Part shown: one piece after another, positions 1 through 15,038 of the stretch
Layout of the letters: each line of letters begins with the position of its first letter
Numbering within the stretch: position 1 is the first letter of the stretch
Assembly: GCF_006345805.1 (NCBI RefSeq)
Contig: NC_043009.1
Coordinates: 71,176,001 to 71,240,000, forward strand
From: Octopus sinensis
Lineage: Eukaryota
Reading direction: 5' to 3'
DNA length: 64,000 nucleotides
Translations under genes and position numbers: made by a program
The notes under the pieces: generated by a model
Seen by the model: only the letters and a program-made list of their open reading frames with translations
Database searches by the model: none
What the model was told of the DNA's origin: nothing

Positions 1-295
1 GACTATCATAATCTTTGCAGCGACATCGCCAAATAGCCATCTTGTCATTCTGCTATACGCGTCAGCAGAAAATCTCTTGTGTGGTTATTCGACGCGCTAA
101 ACATAACAGCCAAATCTCCCTAACTTCTTATAAACAAATGCACACATTGCATAATGTGATCTGAGGAACCCTGCATGTAAAAAAAAGGGTTGATGGAATA
201 TTGTATTCGATTAGGTTCCACTAGGGATCTCCTTGGCCTAAACTATTAATTCTTTCTACAAGAGACACGATGCCAGGAAGTTTGTGAGGAGGGGT

Positions 296-425
296 GGTTA
301 CTTATTTCATCGACTCCGAAAGGAGGAAAGGCAAAGCGGAACTCGGCAGAATTTGAACTCAGAACGTAAAGACGGACGAAATACCTCTAAACATTTCGTC
401 CGGCCTGATTCTGCTAGCTCGTCGC
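296..425 (-). mobile_element. tRNA-derived SINE (Meta/beta-domain-like family)
   Basis: Minus strand has an A-box-like TAGCAGAATC, B-box GAGTTCAAATTC and body ctttgcctttcctcctttcggagtcgat. Same family recurs across the window. Confidence 0.85.
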
Positions 426-1311
426 TTTTGGCACAATGCCTGCAATTTCAGGAAAAATTGTTTCTTCAACGCTATTAGAATTGTGCGCACCGGACACTCT
501 CTTAATTCCTTCCTCAGAAACTAAACCAGAAATGTTGAATGAACGGAATACTTCAGTGGTTTATTTTATCGACGCCAGGAGGACTAAAAGCCAAGTTAAC
601 TCCAGTAGGATTTCAACCTTGCTAACCAAATAAGACAAAACAAAGAGAACAGATACAAATAGCGAAGACAGAGGATATCAGGAAGTATAGGAGACGAAAC
701 TGGGAACGGAACCTGATAATTAAAAGCCTTACCCAACCCCCCTCCCGAAACAACATAACTTCCACGCATCTACCATCTTCCACACTCAAAATGAAATCCC
801 AAAATGTGAAGATTTCAATTACTGGGATGGGGGACAATATGGTCGTCACTCCTGCGTACTTTTATTTAGAGCGACTCTCTTAGTGATTTCCATTAAATAA
901 TAAACTCCAATGACGATTGAATGTGTCAGCATTGTGGAATCTGTCTCCCGTAAGTTGTCCACCTCCCTCCCTCCCTCCCTTTCTCTCACGCGCACAAAAC
1001 TATAGACAGAATGCTTTGTACTATTTATTATGTGAATTTCCATTCAGAGATCGAATCTCGCTCAAGTTGACTTTATATTTCAATTACCCGAAAAGGAGAA
1101 CGGTTCAATGACACAAGTTGGCAGTCTTTGAACGATTTCATTGATTGAACGACTCGCATCGGGTTTGAACTGGGACCCAAGCAAGACAGGAACCATCGAA
1201 GCATTCCTGTTTGTGACGGCTCTTAAAGTGCTACTACCATACACTCTTTCCCCCGCAGCTGGTATCCACCCGATGAACCGCTTTTAAAGTGTTTCTAATA
1301 TATACCACCAT

Positions 1312-1346
<35 letters not shown>

Positions 1347-1441
1347 CATATATACAAAAATACATCCATACATACGTTCATCCATACATGCATGCATACA
1401 CACATTCTTCCATTCATTCATAAATGCATATATGTATATAT

Positions 1442-1500
<59 letters not shown>

Positions 1501-1636
1501 TATATATATCCCTACATTCATCCATACATACATATGTAAGCGCTATCTGACTGAATGGTAAAAAATCTTGCCTCCACCACCCCCCCCCTATGTTGGCGTC
1601 TTCGACGACATCAACTTTCTGCAGCCTCGAATCGAC

Positions 1637-1699
1637 TCATATTGCTTCGACTCGATTGAAACTGTACTGAAACTCGTCCAACGGATTGTCTTTGTATGG
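1637..1699 (-). CDS. Probable last coding exon; PYKDNPLDEFQYSFNRVEAI*
   Basis: Acceptor ttcttaatgtatttctcag; phase 0; TGA at 1637-1639. Candidate AATAAA signals downstream on the minus strand at 1024-1029 and 861-866. Confidence 0.6.
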   Translation of the reverse strand, partial: PYKDNPLDEFQYSFNRVEAI

Positions 1700-2503
1700 C
1701 TGAGAAATACATTAAGAATGCACGTCCGTGTAATACCCAGCAACCACCACATTAATTCAAGGGCAGGTAATTCAGTTGATCGCATAAGGGAATCCTCATC
1801 GTCAGACGACGGCAACTGGCATGTGTGTGCTCGTACGGACGATGGATGTTGTACTGTTTAAACAGCATATCTCAAGACTAATCGGTAGAACTTAGAATAG
1901 AATGCCTTCCGATATTTGTTCCCGTTCTCTGTCATCAAATTCTATCGAGGTTAAGTTTTCCTTAATTCTCTTCAGAGTCGAAAATAAAGCACCAATCAAA
2001 TACTAGAATCGAAACCACCCTCTTGGAATTAGTTATGTAAAGTAGACAAAAAAAAAGGAGTATGGATATTGCTCCTCCAGCATTCCTTTCAATATTACTT
2101 TGTTAAATCATGGCTAAAATCAATCCGAGGAAGAGAAATTTTTTCTTCCCCACAAAAATAATTTTTTCATTTCACTTTTTAGTGGCATCAAACCAATCTA
2201 GAAAGAATGTACCCTCAGCATAAAAGAGACGATGCATTTCTGGCCGATGTGTCTGAAAGGTCATCAGAATGTTGACGTGGTAATGGCGGCATGAAAGCGA
2301 CGGTAACATTCTGCCCAGTTAGATGCAGATAATAAGTAACCTATTGCATGAGTATGAGTGCATGGGAGAGGAGGGAGGGAAGCGATACGGATTAACTTAT
2401 CGCTGGGTTTACCAATTCACAGACTCGGTGTTCAGCTCTTCTCAATCTCAAAATGCATTTTCACTTTTCGAATCCCTGATGAAGATGAGGTGTTTAAAAG
2501 AAC

Positions 2504-2530
2504 CTGAAGACCGAAAACGCGAAACCGGTT
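2504..2530 (+). ncRNA. Decayed minimal hammerhead-like motif (PLE terminus remnant)
   Basis: CUGAAGA-cCG(AAAA)CGc-GAAACCGGUU with palindromic ACCGGU. Stem I is not formed. Confidence 0.35.
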
Positions 2531-2579
2531 TCAACCGACACACTCGGTTCACTTGTATTGCTTCATAAACGTACATTAC

Positions 2580-2659
2580 TTTACATCTCTCTCTTTTCTT
2601 TTCTCTCTCTGTCGATCTCTTTCCCTTTCTCTCTCTCTTTCTCTCTCCCTCTCTCTATT

Positions 2660-2703
<44 letters not shown>

Positions 2704-2770
2704 CCTCTCTCTCCTCTAACAACCGCCGAAATCCTGCTGATAGCTTTTCTATGCATAATGCAATAATGTA

Positions 2771-2831
<61 letters not shown>

Positions 2832-2850
2832 TGTGTGTGTATGCGTGTGT
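2580..2850. repeat. Compound (CT)n/(TG)n microsatellite
   Basis: Directly visible. Confidence 0.95.
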
Positions 2851-2885
2851 GCATGTGAGAAGGGAAAGCACAGCTGATTTCTTAC

Positions 2886-2975
2886 GTATCGTGGTTTATT
2901 TATTTTCCTCTGTGCTTCCATAGGGATTGTGGTTACAAGATAGGTTCCAACGAATATGAGTCCGTTCCAGTGCGG
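2886..2975 (-). CDS. Coding exon; PHWNGLIFVGTYLVTTIPMEAQRKINKPRY
   Basis: Acceptor catactttcaccag and donor TAC|gtaaga. 90 nt; only phase 0 is open. Confidence 0.75.
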
Positions 2976-3039
2976 CTGGTGAAAGTATGCTTGCCACCAC
3001 ATACTCCATACGCGCACACATGCACACGCACATGCACGC

Positions 3040-4800
<1,761 letters not shown>

Positions 4801-5019
4801 AACTCCAGCTTTCCGGCTGAGTTGTGCCATCTTGTTTGTGTTTCAATGGCTTATCAGTGAATGGGTGAGAGTGCGTCACTGATGATGTGGAACCGACCTT
4901 CCTGCCACCTATCGCCCTACCTGCCTCCATACATATCTACCTACCTACATACGTATTTATCTAGACTCATACAAGCATGCATATAGACATACCTGCACGC
5001 ATATGTACGTGTGTGTAAA

Positions 5020-5690
<671 letters not shown>

Positions 5691-5806
5691 CTTTCTCATC
5701 AATTCTGTCCATCCATCGTTGCATTTATGAAAGCTGTTTTAAGTTTCCTTTTCTTGTTTGCTGCTGTTTTTCTTCATGATTTCGGTATTTTTGTTTTTTT
5801 CCTTAC

Positions 5807-5870
5807 CTTTTGTGCCTCAATAGACTTTTCATTATCATTCATAAATGCACCTTTAATCAGCCGTGTAGTT
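5807..5870 (-). CDS. Coding exon; (L)TTRLIKGAFMNDNEKSIEAQK
   Basis: Acceptor ttctttccttgacacccccttgctacag and donor AAG|gtaagg. 64 nt, phase 2 to 0. Confidence 0.75.
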
Positions 5871-6499
5871 CTGTAGCAAGGGGGTGTCAAGGAAAGAACG
5901 GCCAGAGAAGGTATTGCAGTTTCTGTATGGATTTCCTCGCCCGTTTATTGCTCTGTTCACTAATGTAGGTATTGGTGCAGTGAGGAGTAACACTTGTTCA
6001 ATAATCGTGTTAAGTGTTTCTTGTTACTGTTCAAGGAATGTTCAGTTGTTTTTACTTTGTCTTACGCTTTTTTTATGTAGTTTTTTCTTTTTTTTTCTAC
6101 TTGAAACACAACATTTGTAAGAAAGGACAATTTAACTACTTTATATTATATATTCTGTGTATCGGACGAACGAGATCAGTTTCTACGCTGCCGCTCGACC
6201 TGCCGGAAATAACAGCCAAACTATCCTTCAAATCACGCTGTACTGTCTTGATAGGAGGGAGACAGTTTTGCAGCCTTCATTCTGGCTCTTTAAGTTCTGA
6301 GTTCAAATCCCTCCGAGATCAATTTTGGTTGTTTTTCTTTTTCTTTTTTTTTTTGTTATTGTCGATGTCGGTAAAGCGCCAGTCAAATACTCGGATCGAT
6401 TCTTTTTTTCTTTTTTTTTTTCCTCTTATTCTTTAAGAATTCTCTTTAAATAGCAATATGGCGTCTTGTAAAAATGAACACCGTTGATTATATGTTTTC

Positions 6500-7300
6500 T
6501 TACTGAGGACCTGGGTCTAAGCAATATCAGCCACGATATGTGATAAACGAATTAATGAAGTGCCAGAATTAGCAGCTGAATTGGTTTCCAACCATTTCAT
6601 TGAATCTATGCAGGGTCCAGAATAATGTAGTCTCGGCTAGCCTCAAAGAAACATCAGAGTGGTGGTCACAACTTGGACACTTTTAACCATAAGTTGACTC
6701 GAACATGTCTCCTCTGTGGTTAAATAAGAGCAATAACACCATTGTATGTTTGTTAATTTGTTGTGCTGCTGTTGAGAAGTCCGGGTGCAAATCTGATATA
6801 ACAAACTCATGATCAAAACCATTCCAGCCAAGACCATTCCGTCTTTCTTTTTTTCTCTCCTCAATAGTAGAGACATGTTTCTATCGGATCGGCAACTGCA
6901 TAGGAACGTCTTTCGTTGATTTGTAAAAGGGTGTTGATTTTACCATCTCTGGTGCCAGGTGGCGAAACTGAAAGGAAAATTCTGTCGTAGTAGGAATTGA
7001 ACTCAGTAGCCAGAGACAACGAAACTAAATAGAATTGAAAACGCTCAACAGTCTGAGCCATCTCAGACCTCAGCTGCAACTCCGCATGCCCGCTGTATCG
7101 AGAATTTCTTTTGATATTTGTTGACAACTTTCTTGAAGATATTGTGTAGTGTATGCATTAGCTCTGCCAATTCTACCTGGAATGGTTTGATGTGGACACA
7201 GCTATAGCTGTTTGCTTAACAAGTTCACTTCATGGCTACGTGACTTTTGAGATCCATTTCCTCTGCGTGCCAGCAGTTTGAGGCACAAATGTCGCCTTTT
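6500..7300 (-). mobile_element. Possible very old LINE ORF2 remnant
   Basis: Interrupted frame LATEFNSYYDRIF...RRNGLGWNGFDHEFV loosely resembles the pre-RT 'K.PG.DG...EF' linker. Many stops. Confidence 0.25.
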
Positions 7301-7621
7301 ATATTGACCAAATTAGAATTTCGTCACCAGAAACTCTGTTAATTTCGGTGGACGATGAGATCACACGATCACGTCATTCGTGGTAGACATAAACGCCTAC
7401 ATTGGCCCTTTGATTCCTTTAGTAGAGTCCACTCGATGGTAAACAACCGGGTTAGACATCCGGTTGGGGGATAAACTTCTACCCTTCCTTCCACAACTTC
7501 AGCGGTCTTAGAAAGTCTCATCGACGCCATATTTCCTCCTCAGTCTAAACCACAAAAGAACGAAATTTGAGAAACGGTTACTTTTGCGATTTGGGAGTGG
7601 AGCAGCTACAACCAGATTTTT

Positions 7622-7665
<44 letters not shown>

Positions 7666-7854
7666 ACTCATTGAAGGAAGGAAGGCGGTCACACAACAGA
7701 ATGGACTCTGCTAAAAGGACCCAAGTGTCTGGTGGTGGTGTTAAACCCCGGCAACGCTTGATCTCCTCCAACAGGTAACGTGTCCGTCTACAACGTTTCC
7801 TGGATTTGGTCGAACTCGGGCAAGAGTAGAAGACATTCGCTCAACCGGCTGCAC

Positions 7855-8394
7855 CCTTGTTGTTGTTGTTGTTGTTGCTGTTTCTGCACTTATTGTTGCT
7901 ATGGTTACGGTCACTGTTGCCGTTCTTGTTTTACTCACCGTCGCAGCTGTTCCCGTTGTTGTTGTTGTTGTTGTTGTTGCTGTTGTTGTTGCTGTTGTTG
8001 TTGTTGCTGCTGCTGCTGCTAGTGCTGGTGGTGCTGCTGCTGTTGTTGTTGTTGTTGTTGTTGTTGTTGATGATGATACTGTTGATGCTGATGATGATGT
8101 TATTTTGACAATGTGATGAAATATAAAAAAAAATGTCAGATTATTTACTGCTCACGCTTTTTCACTTTTTTCTCTCAACATGTCTGCATACTTCTTCTCT
8201 CGCTCTCTCTCGCTCTCTTTCTTTCTCTCCCTTCTCTCTCTTTCTCTCTCTCTTCTCTCTCTCCCTTCTCTCTCTTTCTCTCTCTTCTCTCTCTTTCTCT
8301 CTTCTACCTCGCTTTCTCTTTCTGTCTTCTCTCTCTTTCTCTTCTCTCTCTCAATCCTTCTTTCTATTCTTTCTCTTTCTCTCTTTCTTCTCCC

Positions 8395-8430
<36 letters not shown>
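7855..8430. repeat. (TTG/CTG/ATG)n trinucleotide tract followed by (CT)n
   Basis: Directly visible. Confidence 0.9.
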
Positions 8431-8435
<5 letters not shown>

Positions 8436-8654
8436 ATCACGTGCACATACGCTGACACAAACCCTGGCAAACACCAAAACATGATGCCACACAACCAGCA
8501 GAATGTCTTTCCGCCGGTGGAAAAGGCATGCCAGCCACCTCAGCTTTGAATCTGTGCAAAACAGGAAATTGCAAACAGATCACGTGGTCCTGAAGAAGAT
8601 TTCCTTCCGCCTTCGCCAAGCATCTTTATCGAGACAAATGTAAACTCATGTGGG

Positions 8655-9050
8655 CCACACACTGGGCCACGTGTCTTCTACTCTAGCCCTGGGCCGACCA
8701 CTGCCCGCATGAATGGGTTTGGTGGATGGAAACTGAAAGAAGCCTAATTTATTTATATCCATGTGTGCGCGTATGTATGTGTGGGTGTGCGAGTGTGTGT
8801 GTGTGTATGTATGTGTGTGCGCGTGCGCGTTTCTTTGTCTTTGTGGTTGCGTTTGTCTCCCTCTACCGTCTGACAATCGGTACTTGTTTGTTTACGTCCC
8901 CGTTAAATAGCGGTTCGATAAACAAGGTTGATAGAATAAGTACCGCACTGTTGAAGAAATAAATATTGGGGTCGATTCGTTCGCCTAAAATGCTTCTCGA
9001 GGCGGTGCCCCAGTATGACCGCAGTCCGGTGACTGAGATAAGGAACAGAC
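8655..9050 (+). mobile_element. Second SINE family (CORE-like central domain, internal TG tract), 5'-truncated
   Basis: gtgtcttctactctagccctgggccgacc...ggaaactgaaagaagcc...gtttacgtccccg...gatagaataagtac...ggggtcgatt, shared with 19187 and 31455. Confidence 0.8.
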
Positions 9051-10129
9051 GAAGGGTAAACATTTCTTCATTGAAGTCTCTCAACAATATTTGTCCTCGG
9101 CGTCCGTGAATCTCTTCTAAACCTGGCCCTGTTTACGCCAGTATTCAAACCATTCCCTCTCTTGTTCACAGTCGCTGTTACCGATTCATCAGTGGTGTTT
9201 AGTGGTAGGCATGAGGTTTAGGCTCTCGGCTTCTGTAGGTCTGTGAGGCTGAGACTGGCAAGGACGAACCGTCGTTTCCCTGCCTAACCCTCTTTTCTGA
9301 CACTGGTCCTGACACATTTTGCTGTAAAGGGAACCCTGGAGAGTATTCCCCTACTTTTAGCCAATGTAAGGACATACAAAGACATCAAAGACATCAAAGA
9401 CATGAAAATTTGTGGCATTAACCAAGTAAGTACTAATCTTCAACCCCACCCATCCCTCCTCTCTCTCTCTCTCTCTCACTCTCTATCTCTCTCTCTCTCA
9501 CTCTCTATCTCTCTCTCTCACTCTCTATCTCTCTCTCTCTCTCACTCTCTCTCTCTCTCTCTCTCCTTTCTTTCTCGTCGGGTTGTTTACTATTTTGCCA
9601 GTTTCTAAATGATGTTGCGAACATTTTGTAGCAAACCTGAGTTCTTTCAAATCCACGTCGTCCGATATCTTTACTTTCAACTTTGTAACAACTTTATTAA
9701 TATCGATCCGTCGGGATCGATTTCTTCAAATTAACAGAAACAAAAATTATTTGCTGATTAAAGCACACGCCCCTCTATTTTCCATTTATTCTATTCACAC
9801 GAGATAGTCGACTTCATCATTATGAAATATTGAAGTCAATTCTATCGCATATCGATTCTCTAACCATTTTCGAAACCCCTTTCTGTTCTCTTTATATTTC
9901 TCTAATCTTTTCTCGACAGGATTTTTTTTTCTTTTTTTTTTACTTCCTGTATTTGTACCGCATTGTTTTATTCTTATCAGTTCTTCGCTTGTTTCGCATC
10001 TCTCTGATTCTCCTACTCACACTCACAGCATAAGTGTTTTGGTCGTAACTACTTTCAAAAATTTTCTGCGAATTCTACTATTTTACAATCTTTTCAAAAG
10101 TTTTCTTGTCTTACAAAGTAACAAAACCA

Positions 10130-10830
10130 GGATTACCAAATTTTGAAGATTAAAATTCTTTCTTGTTAAAGAAGAGAGCAAGTATTTTTGAGGGGAGGGG
10201 CGATCGATTACAACAACGCCTATACTTGATTAATATTTTATATTATCGTCTCTCCGAAAATTTGAAAGCAAAGTTTATCTCGCTGGAATTTGAACTCAAA
10301 CCGAAAGAAATACAGCAAGGCATTTTTCCGACCGGCCAACGATTCTACCAGCTCGCCATCCAAATAATGGTTTTAAATTTTGGCACAAGGCCAGAAATTT
10401 CAGGGTGGAGATGTTTAGTTGATTACATCGACCCGAGTGCGTAACTGGTACTTATTTTATCGACTCCTAAAGGATGAAAGGTAAAGCTGACCTCGGTAGA
10501 ATTTGAACTCGGAACGTAAAGACGGCGGCCGAAATACTACTAAGCATTTTGCCTGGCATCCTAACGATTTTGGCAGCTCATCGCCTTTTGGCGTCTAAAT
10601 AATAATAATTGTTTCTGGTTATGGCACAAAGAAAACAGTTTTTGAGGGGAGGGAATTAATCGATACCATCAACGCCACTACTTGACTGACACTTTACTTA
10701 TCGACCACAAAAGGGTGAAGCGAATAATTGACGTCGAAATTCATTTGAACACAGAGTAAAATGGTAGGATCAATTTTACAAGGCATTTTTATTGATGCTC
10801 TACCGATTCTCCCACACCTCCGCCTTGTAT
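10130..10830 (-). mobile_element. Three head-to-tail SINE copies of different ages
   Basis: Copies at about 10130-10350, 10370-10590 (best preserved) and 10605-10830, each with gaatttgaactc-like B-box and acgatt..cagctc-like head. Confidence 0.8.
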
Positions 10831-10859
10831 CCTTCAGATCTAGTTTTTTTTATTCGCAA

Positions 10860-11070
10860 AATATGCATTTTTTTAAAAGACAGTAAAAAAATCTGAAAAT
10901 TGGCTATAATAATATAGTTTTCCAATCTTATTGCTATGAAAGTATGATGCTGTGGAGAAAAAATTGGAGGCAAAAGTCACTGGTTTAAAAATCGAAGAAA
11001 AAAAATCTGTAATTTTAGCCAAAAGCGAGACAGAAATTTTCTGCGTTTAGCGGAGCGGTAACAGTTTTAA
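10860..11070. mobile_element. Possible piggyBac-type non-autonomous element end
   Basis: Ends gcggagcggtaacagttttaa (TTAA-like target). The other end was not found. Confidence 0.25.
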
Positions 11071-11209
11071 GGTTGTACCCTGTAAAGTTTATAGTTTAAC
11101 GTCTGTGAAATGACCTGGTCATTGAAGGTTTCTAAATAAACCTAATAAAATCAAGATGTATCATCTCACTCTTTCTTTTGCCTCTTCATTGATTGTATTT
11201 CGGGTTGGA

Positions 11210-11352
11210 CAGCGTTTAATCGATTAAATCGTGCCTCGTGCAATGTCTGAGGCCTTATTTCCTCGAATCTAGAACAATGAAAGGCAAATTGAACTTCGGC
11301 AAGATTTGAACTCAGAATGTTAACAACCAGAACGAAATATTTCACCCGATGC
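11210..11352 (-). mobile_element. Degenerate SINE running directly into the 32-bp minisatellite
   Basis: aaggcaaattgaacttcggcaagatttgaactcagaatg...atttcacccgatgctcc. Confidence 0.7.
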
Positions 11353-14300
11353 TCCACGGATTGAGCCCGTCCTCTTCTGCCTTCTCTACGGATTGAGCTC
11401 GTCCTCTTCTGCCTTCTCCACGGATTGAGCCCGTCTTCTTCTGCCATCTCCACGGACTGAACCCGTCTTCTTCTGCCATCTCCACAGACTGAACCCGTCC
11501 TCTTCTGCCTTCTCCACGGATTGAGCCCGTCCTCTTCTGCCTTCTCTACGGATTGAGCCCGTCCCCTTCTGCCTTATCTACGGATTGAGCCCGTCCTCTG
11601 CCTCTCCACGGATTGAGCCCGTCCTCTTCTGCCTTCTCCACGGATTGAGCCCGTCCTCTTCTGCCTCTCTACGGATTGAGCCCGTCCTCTTCTGCCTTCT
11701 CTACGGATTGAGCCCGTCCTCTTCTGCCTTCTCCACGGATTGAACCCGTCCTCTTCTGCCTTCTCCACGGATTGAACCCGTCCACTTCTGCCTTCTCCAC
11801 GGATGAGCCCGTCCTCTTCTGCCTTCTCCACGGATTGAGCCCGTCTTCTTCTGCCTTCTCCACGGATTGAGCCCGTCCTCTTCTGCCTTCTCTACGGATT
11901 GAGCCGGGTCTCTCTGCGCTTCTCTTACGGATTGAGCCCGTCCTCTTCTGCCTTCTCCACGGATTGAACCCGTCCTCTTCTGCTTCTCCACGGATTGAAC
12001 CCGTCCTCTTCTGCCTTCTCTACGGATTGAGCCCGTCCTCTTCTGCCTTCTCCACGGATTGAACCCGTCCTCTTCTGCCTTCTCCACGGATTGAACCCGT
12101 CCTCTTCTGCCTTCTCCACGGATTGAACCCGTCCTCTTCTGCCTTCTCTACGGATTGAGCCCGTCCTCTTCTGCCTTCTCACGGATTGAGCCCGTCCTCT
12201 TCTGCCTTCTCTACGGATTGAGCCGGTCCTCTTCTGCCTTATACGGATTGAGCCCGTCCTCTTCTGCCTTCTCCACGGATTGAACCCGTCCTTCTGCCTT
12301 CTCCACGGATTGAACCCGTCCTCTTCTGCCTTCTCTACGGATTGAGCCCGTCCTCTTCTGCCTTCTCCACGGATTGAACCCGTCCTCTTCTGCCTTCTCC
12401 ACGGATTGAGCCCGTCCTCTTCTGCCTTCTCTACGGATTGAGCCCGTCCCCTTCTGCCTTATCTACGGATTGAGCCCGTCCTCTTCTGCCTTCTCCACGG
12501 ATTGAGCCCGTCCTCTTCTGCCTTCTCCACGGATTGAGCCCGTCCTCTTCTGCCTTCTCTACGGATTGAGCCCGTCCTCTTCTGCCTTCTCTACGGATTG
12601 AGCCCGTCCTCTTCTGCCTTCTCCACGGATTGAACCCGTCCTCTTCTGCCTTCTCCACGGATTGAACCCGTCCACTTCTGCCTTCTCCACGGATTGAGCC
12701 CGTCCTCTTCTGCCTTCTCCACGGATTGAGCCCGTCTTCTTCTGCCTTCTCCACGGATTGAGCCCGTCCTCTTCTGCCTTCTCTACGGATTGAGCCGGTC
12801 CTCTTCTGCCTTCTCTACGGATTGAGCCCGTCCTCTTCTGCCTTCTCCACGGATTGAACCCGTCCTCTTCTGCCTTCTCCACGGATTGAACCCGTCCTCT
12901 TCTGCCTTCTCTACGGATTGAGCCCGTCTCTTCTGCCTTCTCCCATTGAACCCGTCCTCTTCTGCTTCTCCACGGATTGAACCCGTCCTCTTCTGCCTTC
13001 TCCACGGATTGAACCCGTCCTCTTCTGCCTTCTCTACGGATTGAGCCCGTCCTCTTCTGCCTTCTCCACGGATTGAGCCGTCCTCTTCTGCCTTCTCCCC
13101 GGATTGAGCCCGTCTCTTCTGCCTTCTCCACGGATTGAGCCCGTCCTCTTCTGCCTTCTCCACGGATTGAGCCCGTCCTCTTCTGCCTTCTCTACGGATT
13201 GAGCCCGTCCTCTTCTGCCTCTCTACGGATTGAGCCCGTCCTCTTCTGCCTTCTCCACGGATTGAACCCGTCCTCTTCTGCCTTCTCCACGGATTGAACC
13301 CGTCCACTTCTGCCTTCTCCACGGATTGAGCCCGTCCTCTTCTGCCTTCTCCACGGATTGAGCCCGTCTTCTTCTGCCTTCTCCACGGATTGAGCCCGTC
13401 CTCTTCTGCCTTCTCTACGGATTGAGCCGGTCCTCTTCTGCCTTCTCTACGGATTGAGCCCGTCCTCTTCTGCCTTCTCCACGGATTGAACCCGTCCTCT
13501 TCTGCCTTCTCCACGGATTGAACCCGTCCTCTTCTGCCTTCTCTACGGATTGAGCCCGTCCTCTTCTGCCTTCTCCACGGATTGAACCCGTCCTCTTCTG
13601 CCTTCTCCACGGATTGAACCCGTCCTCTTCTGCCTTCTCCACGGATTGAACCCGTCCTCTTCTGCCTTCTCTACGGATTGAGCCCGTCCTCTTCTGCCTT
13701 CTCCACGGATTGAGCCCGTCCTCTTCTGCCTTCTCTACGGATTGAGCCGGTCCTCTTCTGCCTTCTCTACGGATTGAGCCCGTCCTCTTCTGCCTTCTCC
13801 ACGGATTGAACCCGTCCTCTTCTGCCTTCTCCACGGATTGAACCCGTCCTCTTCTGCCTTCTCTACGGATTGAGCCCGTCCTCTTCTGCCTTCTCCACGG
13901 ATTGAACCCGTCCTCTTCTGCCTTCTCCACGGATTGAGCCCGTCCTCTTCTGCCTTCTCTACGGATTGAGCCCGTCCCCTTCTGCCTTATCTACGGATTG
14001 AGCCCGTCCTCTTCTGCCTTCTCACGGATTGAGCCCGTCCTCTTCTGCCTTCTCCACGGATTGAGCCCGTCCTCTTCCCTCTCTACGGATTGAGCCCGTC
14101 CTCTTCTGCCTTCTCTACGGATTGAGCCCGTCCTCTTCTGCCTTCTCCACGGATTGAACCCGTCCTCTTCTGCCTCTCCACGGATTGAACCCGTCCACTT
14201 CTGCCTTCTCCACGGATTGAGCCCGTCCTCTTCTGCCTTCTCCACGGATTGAGCCCGTCTTCTTGCCTCTCCACGGATTGAGCCCGTCCTCTTCTGCCTT

Positions 14301-15038
14301 CTCTACGGATTGAGCCGGTCCTCTTCTGCCTTCTCTACGGATTGAGCCCGTCCTCTTCTGCCTTCTCCACGGATTGAACCCGTCCTCTTCTGCCTTCTCC
14401 ACGGATTGAACCCGTCCTCTTCTGCCTTCTCTACGGATTGAGCCCGTCCTCTTCTGCCTTCTCCACGGATTGAACCCGTCCTCTTCTGCCTTCTCCACGG
14501 ATTGAACCCGTCCTCTTCTGCCTTCTCCACGGATTGAACCCGTCCTCTTCTGCCTTCTCTACGGATTGAGCCCGTCCTCTTCTGCCTTCTCCACGGATTG
14601 AGCCCGTCCTCTTCTGCCTTCTCCCCGGATTGAGCCCGTCCTCTTCTGCCTTCTCCACGGATTGAGCCCGTCCTCTTCTGCCTTCTCCACGGATTGAGCC
14701 CGTCCTCTTCTGCCTTCTCTACGGATTGAGCCCGTCCTCTTCTGCCTTCTCTACGGATTGAGCCCGTCCTCTTCTGCCTTCTCCACGGATTGAACCCGTC
14801 CTCTTCTGCCTTCTCCACGGATTGAACCCGTCCACTTCTGCCTTCTCCACGGATTGAGCCCGTTCTCTTCTGCCTTCTCCCCGGATTGAGCCCGTCCTCT
14901 TCTGCCTTCTCCACGGATTGAGCCCGTCCTCTTCTGCCTTCTCCACGGATTGAGCCCGTCCTCTTCTGCCTTCTCTACGGATTGAGCCCGTCCTCTTCTG
15001 CCTTCTCCCCGGATTGAACCCGTCCTCTTCTGCCATCT
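11352..15038. repeat. 32-bp minisatellite, about 115 copies (ctccacggattgagcccgtcctcttctgcctt)
   Basis: Uninterrupted tandem array with a few recurring variants. The stacked ORFs are translations of the repeat. Confidence 0.98.

Noticed and set aside
2215-2280. CUGAUGA...GAAAUGCAUC hammerhead candidate on the minus strand
   Set aside because: No credible stem I or stem II.
7939-8020. Poly-Q exon on the minus strand ending at a strong gtgagt donor
   Set aside because: In-frame TAG upstream and no convincing acceptor. The 16642-16688 exon already supplies the phase-2 join.
9703-9722. Hairpin atcgatcc-gtcg-ggatcgat as a Helitron 3' end
   Set aside because: No CTRR terminus downstream and no 5' TC end identified.
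11352-15038. CRISPR-like array or repetitive protein (many stacked ORFs)
   Set aside because: Units are contiguous with no unique spacers and there are no cas genes. The ORFs are translations of the repeat.
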